A stretch of DNA of 63,629 bases, filler included, from Octopus bimaculoides (taxonomy: Eukaryota), in the NCBI RefSeq assembly GCF_001194135.2. It is 5 parts of 5 records of this genome, joined end to end, with 100 filler letters (N's around TTAATTAATTAA, not from the genome) between each part and the next. Parts side by side here need not be neighbours in the genome. Positions count along the whole stretch, not along the records: positions 1 to 16,838 come from NC_068990.1; 4 more parts are not named here. One strand, given 5' to 3'. Each line of letters begins with the position of its first letter. Position 1 is the stretch's first letter. The notes under the pieces were generated by a model. The model saw only the letters and a list, made by a program, of their open reading frames with translations, was not told the DNA's origin and did not search any database. Of the stretch, positions 1 through 11,521 are shown piece after piece. A program made the position numbers and the translations under genes.

Positions 1-66
<66 letters not shown>
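1..66. repeat. (AC)n/(AT)n microsatellite
   Basis: Direct dinucleotide runs. Confidence 0.95.
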
Positions 67-114
67 GGTGGTTGTCTACTCCTTATGCAGAGTTTAACCA
101 CCATCTGTACCTAC

Positions 115-3100
115 ACCATCATGGCATCTGATGTGGGTGTCTTTTCAGAATATTGTCCGTTTTTTAAACTAGACAATGTTCTGAAAAGACACTCACACAG
201 ATTGCACATCCGATTTGGACCACCAAGAGATGCAGATAAGTTCTGATCTTTGTAGATTTGCAAACCTTCTGGCATACATTGCATTCAAAGGTGTGCACAG
301 GCATATAGTCTGAATAGTTGGGAGAGGTTCGTTTGTGTTCGCAGATGAGATTTTAGCCCAACAAAAGACAGGCATGGTCTGTCACAGACTGCACACAAAA
401 ATGTCATTGTCATTCACCTTCTCGATCGTTACATTCTTCCTTAGATCTCTTTTGAGTCCTACATGCGTTATCTTGGCCTCTTCAAATGCTTTCACTCCAC
501 TCCACGCTTTTGTTTGCCATCCAACTCGATCCGAAACAAGAGTTTCCATGTCTTCTGGATCCATTCCAAGTAATTTCATAGTAGTCCTTATGCCATCCTT
601 AAACCTTGTTTTAGGTTTTCGCCGATAGCGTTTCCCCTCTGCAAGCTCACCATATTGTTCGAATGGCAGATGAACGCAAGTCGAAACAGCTGTTAAAACA
701 GCTGTTTCGGTATGCGTTCATCTGCCATTCGAACAATATGGCCACACCATTTCATTTGGTTCCTCAAAATCATAGCTTTAATTGAGGTGATTCTTGCAGA
801 TGCAAGGACATCTGTGATTGGGGTAAAAGAACTCCATTTAATTCTTAAAATGCGATGAAGGCACCTCTGGTGGAATTTTTCTAACAATGTAAAACGCCTT
901 TCATAACAAGTCCAAGTTTCACAGAAATACAACAGGGATGGTAAAACAAATGATTTGTAAAGAGCCAGCTTTGTATTGTTATTTATATGTCGCTGGCACA
1001 AAACGCGTGACTCCAAGCCACAAACTGCTTTTGCCGTCCTTTTAATTCGCAGCTATATTTCTGTATCAAGATCTCCATCATTTTGAACAGAGCTTCCAAG
1101 GTAGATGAACGAATCGACAACCTCAAGTAACAAAAATTTTAGAGGGGTTACAAACAACACCACATGTAGGTTGATGCATTACAACTGTTTTTTCCAAGTT
1201 GATGATCAAGCCAAAATCATCACAAGCCGTGTCAAATGCAGATACAAGAGATTGCAGATCTGTTTCAGAATAACTGATAAGATCGCAATTGTCAGCGTAC
1301 AAAAGTTCCCTAATAAGTGAAGTAAAAACCTTCGTTTTGAATTTCAACTTGGTCAGATTAAAAACATTCCCTGTTGTTCGATATTTTATGTAAATCCCCT
1401 CCCCCTAGAGTTTTGAAAAGCATGTGACAACACAACAGCAAAGTATATTGCAAAGAGAGTGGGTGCATCAAGGTCTCCTTGCTTTACTCCATTTTCCACA
1501 GCAAAAGATCCAGAGATCCTACCACAAAAATTAACTCTAGCTTTCATATCTTGATGCAAAGCCCTGATCATGTTTACAAATTTTTTTGAGCAACCTATTA
1601 TCCTTAGAATTAGCTACAGAGCATTTCGATTAACAGTATCGAATGCTTCGCTCAAATCAACAAAGCAATGGTATAGAGCAAGATTCTGTTCAATGCACTT
1701 TTCTTGTCTGACAGTAAAGATACAATTCCCTGTGCTCCTGGAGGAATGAAAACCACATTGAGACTCAGACACTATATTTGTAACTATAAGGGTATTTAAA
1801 CGTTCTAACAAAATGCGGGCAAGTACTTTCCAACCACAAAAAAGCGAAATCCCACGAAAATTACCACACAGATCTTTTGGCCCCGATTTATACAAGGAGA
1901 TTAAAATGGCATCAATCCAGTCTTGTAGCACTTTCTCAGTTCTCCAAGAGTGACAAATTAATATATTTAAGAGTTCAAACATTTTGTCATTCCCATATTT
2001 CAAGACTTCTGCACAGATTCCATCAGATCCTGGAGACTTATTGTTATTCAGCTTATTCACAGCTAAAGAAATGTCTTTTAGATTTGGTTTAAATGCCATC
2101 TCTTCTTTAACTGGAAGGTGTTCGATTTTTTCTATCGTCCTCATGTCAGCGGATGATGGGCTATTCAAAAGTGCAGAAACATGTTCTACCCAGCACTTAT
2201 GAATAGAAGCAGTGTCAGTCAGAAGCAAACGTCCATTTTGCTGTTCTCACTGGAGCTATTGAAGAAGATTTTGGGCCATATACCGCCTTAACGTAAAAGT
2301 AGAAACCCTTGGCATCATTTCTATCAGCTGCTTCTTGTGCCTCTTTTGCTCTATCATTCCACCATTCCTGTTTAATTTTCCTTAGAGCAGTCTGCAGTTT
2401 CCTTTTCAGCTTTCTGTAAGCTTAGTTGAGTTGGGGTTAAAGGACTGAGAAAGAAGTGTTTTGCCTAAGTTTTGTTTTTCTAAAAGTAGATCATGAATTT
2501 CTGCTGATCTATCTGAGAACCAGTCACTGAACCTATGTGATTTAAATCCCACTGACGAATTTTCAGCCTGAAATACTTTTGTTTTGAAATCTTCTCATAG
2601 ATCATTTGGGTCAAGATTGATACTTTCTATAGCATTGTGGAATCTTTGCAAGTTGCTTGATAATTTAAAGTTTGCAACATTTAACTTTTTGGGTACCTTA
2701 GGACGAGACAGTCAATTTTTAGGCATTATCGAAAAATCTATTTTTCTATGCACTAGATGATGGTCAGTCCAGCTCTCTGCCCCTCTCATGGCCCTTTCAT
2801 ATTCCGTTTTCTGATCAGAATATAATCTATGGGATGCCAGTGCTTAGATCTTGGGTGCATCCAGGTGGTTTTATATTTATTTTCTGCTTAAACAGTGTTG
2901 GTGACAACCAGATTATTCTCAGTAAAAAACGTCAAAAGAGCTACTCCATTTTTATTACATATTTTCCAATCCCATGTCGACCTAAAACAGGCCATGAAAC
3001 ATAGTCCATTCCAACTCTTGCATTGAAATCTCCCAATATGACCAGCTTGTCAGAAATTGGTACTTTCCTCAATAATTGTGCTAGATCATCATAAAACTCT

Positions 3101-4145
3101 CCTCCAGTTTCATCAGAATGGGACATTGTTGGTGCATAAATACTGACAACAGTAAGAAACCTACCTTTTGTCAGTTTAATACGGCATGACATGGTACGTT
3201 CAGATATACCACATGGAAGCTCTGCAATGGAGGATACTAATGCATTCTTGTGAGCAAGCCCAACACCAGATTCTCTACACTGACCCTGAGATAGGTCTCT
3301 CCAAAAGATAGTATGTCCATAAGTAGGTTCACTTACTTGACCATCACCAGAGAGACGAGTTTCAGAGAACACAACTATATCAAGGGAATATTTCTTTAGC
3401 TCACATGCAATAAGTGCAGTACGCCTTTCTGGCCTTTTGTTGAAATTATCATCAATGTGCGCACATTCCAACAGCCAAAATTCAAAGGATGTTTACTCTT
3501 ACTTTTTCTTGAAACTTGTTTGACCACAGTGGCAGGATGACGACCGGTCTAGTCTGTGATATACTGGGACACCTGCCGAGCCAGACCTGTCCCCCTGATG
3601 TTCCCAAGCCTTTTTTTGCCATTTACTGAATCTGTTTGAGACATTTTAAAGTAAGTTACAAGTGCATTTTTAGGTTTCTGCCAACCAACAAATTCAATGA
3701 TTTTAATAAGATTTGATGTACAGGAAGTACTTGTGCAGATGAATAACTTTCAGTGGGTGTAGCTTGCACTGTACTACCCCCACCTATTGGCTCAAGAAGA
3801 CTTTCGCCGGTGTGACATGAAAATTGACAAAACAAGGAACTTCTAAGGACTCAGGCTTTATTTCGGAGATTTCCTTCTCCAAGGTAGATTAGCAACCAAG
3901 GTTAAAGAGTTTCTACCTGCCCATGAGGTAAACTATCCCATTATAGATACCAAACCGATACTCAAACACACTATAAAGTCAGGTCGCTCTTGAGTGCTAC
4001 TGTTAACATGGTCGGGCCGTCGGTGACTAAACTGGCCACCCCAGCAGGCTTGCTTGGTGAGGAGGGTGTTGGACACACTGCGGGATGAAAAATAAGACCC
4101 GTCAAAGGGTGGAGGAACAGTCAACGGCCATCCAACAAAATGACT
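115..4145 (-). mobile_element. Near-full-length degraded RTE-clade LINE (APE endonuclease + RT, with 5' UTR)
   Basis: Minus-strand fragments: GCWNVRTL start; APE motifs SETR, SIYAPT, ILGDFNARVG (2941-3471); RT motifs KSPGSDGI, FRGISL, SQCGF, FVDLSEAFDTV (1614-2228), GVKQGD (1386-1571), LLYADNCDL (1123-1347); RTE C-terminal QMKWCGHIVRMADERIPKQLF (693-1016); short GATG-type tail near 115-130. Many stops and frameshifts. Confidence 0.9.
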
Positions 4146-6559
4146 GTAAATATGTATATATCTTTTGTTTATTATATGTATATATATATATGTATATTTT
4201 TACTTGTACAGTTTTACTTTTCTATATATTATTTTATATCTTTCAATCGCATATCTTTTACTTTTCTTTATATTTATATACATGTATATTTTTACTTTTA
4301 TATACATATTTATTGCATATCTTTTACTTTTTTTTATATGATTCTTATATATGATTCTTATTTACATTTGCAAATCACATAACGTATTTATTTATCGAAA
4401 AATGCAAAACACGCCTAAATATGAACACTTAACGAACTTTGATATTAGTGTATATCTTAATTCATTCATGATTACATGCCCATCTCACTACTTTTGCTTT
4501 TAAGTTTTTGTATATTTATTTATCTCCCTCCCTCAAACATGAGCAATTACCTACCCAGTTCCAAATAATAACGATCACCAATTACCTCCCCTTAGATTTT
4601 TCTACTTGTTAATTCATTCACAAACTTCCTTCTCAGAACATGGACCAAACTCTTCTGAAGAAAATACGAAATTACAATAATTTGAATGTCATCATTTGCG
4701 AAAGCGAAACCGGTGGACAAAAGCAATACTCATTTACTTATTAAATACATTAAAAAACAAAACTATACACACTGTGTGCCTTTTCCTTCTTTTATTATAT
4801 ATATATATATGTTCGTACATATATATCTACACACACACACATACATATATATAATAGAGAGGCAACTATATAGACAGAAGTAGCTCAATATAGTGAACAT
4901 TGTCCGAGTTACGTTACTCCAAGAGAGAAAGCAAAACGTATGAAATAAAATAATTATAGTAGTGAACAGAACTTTGACTATTGTCAGGTTTATAACTATT
5001 ATCATTTTGAGACGTCGAGCCTCTTCTTAATACACATACATACGCACAAAATATGAGTACACTAGCATACATACATGTGGATATGTGCGTTTGTGAACAT
5101 GTTTGTGCGTATTTAAACAGATAAAGCACTCGAAAGAACGTCAGGGGTGTTAAAATGAAGGAAAACTTTGAATAGCGTTTACAGAAGAATCAATAGTTTG
5201 TTGCAAATGAAATTGCAGCGAAAATAATTTTGAATTCATCTGTTGTGATTTTTAAGCGGTTTAATTTTTTTTATTCCAGTCTTTCTTTTTATTCTATGTT
5301 GTGTGAGTACAGCCTTTAGCATTTGACTTGTAATTTAATGATTTTTACGATAGATGGTCGTTTATTCAATAGAAGAAAGTTCAGACCTGTCAACAAACAA
5401 GTTCAACTTTATTTCAATCAATTTACTATTGTCTTTATAGTTTTTTCCCCAATTCTTATGAGAATTCATTTTCATAAAATCTCTATACGTTCAAATGTCT
5501 ATTAATATGTATGCGAACCGCTTAGATATAAATAAGTCGGAAGCCTGTTTGTCATTAACTTGCACATAGGCAACCTATGTTCTCTCTTTATCTTCCTAGA
5601 TGGCAAAGGAAATTCGGTTGCCACGTGGGTAGCTGAGCAGCCCCTTGTAGCGAAAACATTGCTAACTCGAGGATCAGTAACGTTTTGCAAAATATAAGCT
5701 AAAATTTGTGTCATTTCGTATGGACAGTCTGGCGTGGCTGACAGCGGGCTACTATGTTGAATTATTCATAAATAATTCGTATTCGTGTTGGAATATGCAT
5801 TGCGTTTGTTGAACCTAGAGGAATACACTTTCTCAGAGACATATCGTCAAAGTGATTGTCAGTATGATGCGATCAAAGATGGTTATTTAAGATAGGTGAT
5901 GCCAATTTCGCATTTCATTCTCCAATAATTAACAAATTTAAGAGTTTCTTATCCTTATAAATATTTTGACAAATGACTGCATTTTCATTCAAAAGGTGAG
6001 TGCTTTTTTTTACTATCAGCAATTGTTAAGGGTGTCAAAATAATGTATGAATATTTGAGGTGGGTCGAGCAGGCTTTCTTTGTGATATTTTCTGTCACGT
6101 CTCTTTCTTATCGAAGCTGAGTTCACTATTTACCAACGAAATCACCAGATCAGAAAAAAGTTTACTACACTATATTCGTGTCAAAAAGTTTGCAGATCTA
6201 TTGGTTGTTGAGAGCGAAAATTACTACATACTGATATATACACACGAAGCTTTGTCTGTAAAGTCAGCTAAAATACATATAAGAGTCTAGCGGGCATACA
6301 CAGCCACTGCCGAAAGTGAGATACATTTTTAATAGTCATAAATATTTCCCACGAATGAAAAGCCATCATATATATATATATATATATANNNNNNNNNNNN
6401 NNNNNNNNNNNNNNNNNNNNNNNNNNNNNNNNNNNNNNNNNNNNNNNNNNNNNNNNNNNNNNNNNNNNNNNNNNNNNNNNNNNNNNNNNNNNNNNNNNNN
6501 NNNNNNNNNNNNNNNNNNNNNNNNNNNNNNNNNNNNNNNNNNNNNNNNNNNNNNNNNNN

Positions 6560-6602
<43 letters not shown>

Positions 6603-8949
6603 TTGCGGTATTACTACTGGGTGACAGTTTCAGCAAAAAGAAAAAGAGATAGAGATATTTTTATATCGAGGAAATAAATCCGAAGTTGATGAACATCTGA
6701 CCCTGCTGGTACAATATATGCTACGTGAAAGTGGTAGAAAATATGATTCCTTACACAATGCTCATGTTAGTGCAAAAGCTATCGCAGGTAATCTAATCAA
6801 AATCTTTGCTGTTGTGCCAATGAATTCTTGTGGTTTTCTAATTGGAAAGCTGTCACTATCCTGTTGGCCTAGAGCACATCCTGTAGTATTGGTATTGAGA
6901 CATAGCTGAATTGATGATATTGAGTGAAAAGGAACCACCAACATGCAAATATATTAATAAATATGTGGATACATACTTACATGCATGCATACGTACTTAT
7001 ATATACATATTATAATTAAGTTTGTATTATTAAGAACTCATTTTCTTTAGATTTGGGATTGCAAATAAAAGCACTGTCTATTAAATACATCTCTCCATAT
7101 TCCATATAAATGAAACCTCTCGCAGCAAATGTCTTCATAATTAAATATCTTAACGGCTTTATAATAATAATAATGTTTCTTGTGGTCTTCCATTTGTCAA
7201 GGGATAATTTGAACCGATATAAGCCATACATACGGCCACACGTGCATTTCTTAATTTTCTTCTATTGCTATCTGCTTGTCTTTTAATCTCGATGTTTATC
7301 TGTGTGCGTGTATGTATATATGTATATGTAGGTGAGAGGGATTGTGTGTATGTATATATGCACACATACAAACGGTATGCATATATTTTACTAGATGTAA
7401 ACATGTAAAAATGATGTAAAATGATGTGCACGCACATATATAGTTGACTTTGCATGTGAATGTCTGTGGAAGTGTACGTATGTGTGTACATATCATGTGA
7501 TTAATAAACTAAATTTTGATTTAAATTTGATAAAAATCTATGATGATTGTTTTAAGAACCTTCAAAAGTTAATTTATGTTTGAACTAACTCAAACTGGTG
7601 ACGTTTAAACAATTAAATCTCTAATTTTAAATGTTATAAAGTCATTTCAAATACCTTCTGTCTCTCCCCAACGTTGTGTTAAGCCGTTCCATCAAAGACA
7701 CATGGTTAATCACAATGACACATTTCGTCTTCAATATCATTGTAAGGAATAAGTTCTCTTATTACTAAAGTATCACACTTTCAATGTGTGTTTCATTTCC
7801 GTTTATATTTAAAATCGTTACTTTTGATTCCCATTTTTAATGAACCTAATCAACAAGTACCATAAATCACATCGTGATAGCGCTCGTTCCTTGCCAATCA
7901 TTTAAACGTAGCTAGCTAAAAATGATTTTCTGCCACAGTTGATTTTGTTTAGTTGACTGGCATAATAAATTACTTAAGCTAATCGGTTCAGTGTAATCAC
8001 GCACGCACGTACGCACGCGCGCGCATACCCCCCCCCCCGAAAACACACACATATATATTACAATAGAACACTAACTTTACCTTCATGATTTTAACTTTTC
8101 CTGTTTCTCTCTTCCCTATCTTGTTCTTATGCTCTCCCCAATACACCAACTTCACTTTCTTTTCACTCTCACTCTTCCTTATGCTCCTGGGTGTAATTTG
8201 TTCCAAAAATGTGTAGGAGCGCCCATACATACCGGTGCATAGTTGGAGCATACACAATTATATATTTGTATGTATGTATGTACAATTCAAGCAGAGGTAT
8301 GTATAGATATGTGTATATTTAACATATATACGACATATGTATGTTCAATGTCATTTATGATATAGATTTCTGTGCACATATGCTTGAATATGCACAGGGT
8401 TGTAGGTGTGTATTCTTTTCTGTATGTATACATAGATAGATGCTGCCTACATTTTTGCATGTGTGTGTTCCTATATGTATATATGCATGATCAATGCAAG
8501 AGAACACGTAGAATATGACCTATATAAGCATGAGCTTTTGTCTACTTCGTGGGCGGAGATGTAGCTAAAACGCCTGCTGATTACTACCAGTTGCCTCCAT
8601 ACTCTCACTAAACATATTACAGATAGCTTCAAACTGATCTACAGGGAGAAAATTTAAATTTAAATTACGGACAGTATATCATTTATAGTTAAATTTCATT
8701 TATATTATGTACTCTGGTATAGAGTGCGTAAATATATTTACATATATATATATTTNNNNNNNNNNNNNNNNNNNNNNNNNNNNNNNNNNNNNNNNNNNNN
8801 NNNNNNNNNNNNNNNNNNNNNNNNNNNNNNNNNNNNNNNNNNNNNNNNNNNNNNNNNNNNNTATATATATATATATATGCATATAGGAGGTTGAAAAGGA
8901 ACACACGAGTTGATATAATACAAGGTAGAAAATGTTAAAATAATTTTAT

Positions 8950-9472
8950 CATGAGGAATACGGTTCGTCCAAGTCAACATTGGCAACTGAAAATGTCTGA
9001 GCAGGTTTTTGAGACTTTTGCACACCCTTCTTCTATCAGATACTCCTACGCAATCGAAACGTCCATCTAAGACAGCGTTCCAATCCCCTACTAATACTAA
9101 AGTCCGAGACGTTTCCAAGGAAATCTCTAGACGCTTGAAGTAATCAGACCGCCCTGCCCCTGTCGGAGCATAAGCAGCTACCAGTCCGAAAGCACCGCCA
9201 TCATTGTTGTTCAGATCTAGAACCACCAACTTACCTTCTGGATCCAGGAACACTGTCTTTATTTTCTAATCCAGACCCTTTCGGAAAAGCACCACAGTAC
9301 CACCACCGTGCCTTCCCAGCCAACACGGAGGTAGGTAGATCTCGTAGCCACCGCAAAAGGTGATGGGGTTCAGTGGGTCGGATAGTTTGGATTCACTAAT
9401 GGCTGCAACATCTACACTAAGGGACCTCAGGTCATTTAAAAGGTGACCTTGTTTCCACTGGATAGGACAAGA
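8950..9472 (-). mobile_element. Tx1/L1-type LINE APE endonuclease fragment
   Basis: GHLLNDLRSLSVDVAAISE..., VAAYAPTG, VLVGDWNAVLD, WTN motifs (ORFs 9266-9490 and 8738-9253), split by a stop. Confidence 0.8.
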
Positions 9473-9474
9473 AA

Positions 9475-10226
9475 GTTGATGACGCTGCATGTGGCGCTAC
9501 ACCCTAAAGCAAACATAAACAGACTGTATATGAAAAGAAAGAGTGGTGGAAGAGAACTAATTAGTATGGACCATTGTATAAGGAGTGAAAGGAGAACGCT
9601 TGTTGAGTATTTGATAAATAGTGATGAAGACCTGCTGCAATATGCCGCGAAAAATATGGAAGTAAATGCAAATGAAACGATGGGCAAGGAAGAGTTTAAC
9701 CAAAGAGCTGAGGAGAAGACAAAGAAGACCTTCTTGAAATCAGAATGCATGGACAGTTTGAAAGGAATACACTAAGTGTTAAGGATAATACAGCATCATG
9801 GGCATGGCTTGAGTGAGTTGATTTCAAGTGTACCACCGAAAGCCTGATCATTGCTGCACAAGATCAGGCTCTCGCTATCAAGTCAGTGAAATAAAACATC
9901 TATCAAACTTCTGAGACCCAAAAATGTAGACTCTGTGGAAAGTGTGAAAAATGTGACCCACTTGGTAAGTGGATATGAGAGCCATACATAAAAAGAATAC
10001 AAGCGTCGCCCCGATAAAGTGTGTGTATCCTCTTTGGCTTTTATGCCATAAATACAAATATGAATTAACAGAGAACTGGTATGAGCATGTATCAAGTAAA
10101 GTTATGCAGGAGGATGGAAAAGTAACGATACTCTGGGACTATGATTTTCAGATGGATTGTGTAATCGAACACCATCGGCCGGATATTGCCATATTGTATA
10201 AGAGAGACAAATACTGTCAGGTCATT
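9475..10226 (+). mobile_element. R4/Dong-clade (RLE) LINE fragment, 3'-truncated
   Basis: LHPKANINRLYMKRKSGGREL, AAQDQAL, CRLCG zinc knuckle, ILWDYDFQMDCVIEHHRPDIAI. Confidence 0.85.
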
Positions 10227-10648
10227 AACATTAACATTAATGACAAGCCCTAAAGAATTCCTCTCAACACATATCGTCAGCCACTAAGCGACATGCTCAA
10301 CTGGTTAAGGTCAAACAACTGACAAGCAAATCTGTGGTACTGAGCAGAATATTTACTGTAGCCCATCTTTTATACCAAGACAAAACAATCTACATGATAA
10401 CACTTCCAATCAGTTAAGATGAGAAGCCATGAGAGCCACTGCCTGGAAGTGCATCATTCCTGTGCAATGTACTTGAATATGCACAAGAGTGTAGGTGTGT
10501 ATTTTTATCTGTATGTAGATGCCGTCTATATTTTGTCATATGTGTGTGTATTCCGATATGTATATATACATGACCTATGCAAGACAATATATAGAATATA
10601 CCCTATTTAAGCATGAGCACGTGTCTACTTCATGGGCGGAGATGTCGC

Positions 10649-10650
<2 letters not shown>

Positions 10651-10711
<61 letters not shown>

Positions 10712-11521
10712 CATTATTATTATTATTCCTTCGTAACACAGTGTAGGTAAAAATGCACCGAAGTCTTTAGTTATCTGTCATGTCACAACAAGGAATTCAG
10801 ACAGATAATACTTTCCTTAAGAAGTGTGCAGTGCCCAATAAGGCTGCTTTTTGCAAGACATCAATCTTGCATGGGATTTCCAGTTGCCCTAAGAAATCTT
10901 GAAGTTTCAATGGGATTGAGTCCAACGCTCCGATCAACACTGGTATCACTTTTACATTACATTCTTGCATTCTATATAGTTTTGCCATTTCCACTTTCAA
11001 TTCGGAGTACTCGGTAATTTTTTCAACTTCTTTACTTACAACATTCATGTCATTTGGCATTGCTACATCAATGACCTGACAGTATTTGTCTCTCTTATAC
11101 AATATGGCAATATTCGGCCGATGGTGTTCGATTACACAATCCATTTGAAAATCATAGTCCCAGGGTATCGTTACTTTTCCATCCTCCTGCATAACTTTAC
11201 TTGATACATCCTCATACCAGTTCTCTGTTAAGTCATATTGGTATTTACGACATAAGAGACAATGAGGATACACATACACTTTATCGGAGCGACGCTTGTA
11301 TTCTTTTTATGTATAGCTCTCACATCCACTTACCAAGTGGGTCACATTTTCCACACTCTTTCCGCAGAGTCTACATTTCTGGGTCTCAGAAGTTTGATAG
11401 ATGTTTTATTTCACTGACTTGATAGCGAGAGCCTGATCTTGTGCAGTAATGATCAGGCTTTCGGTGGTACACTTGAAATCACCTCGCTCAAGCCATTCCC
11501 ATGATGCTGTATTATCCTTAA
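10651..11521 (-). mobile_element. R4/Dong-clade LINE 3' end with (TAA)n tail
   Basis: ORF 10797-11279 has RPxI..IDVAMP..EK RLE motif and ends VIPVLIGAL..LLGTAHFLRKVL; tail appears as (TTA)n at 10651-10726. Confidence 0.9.
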
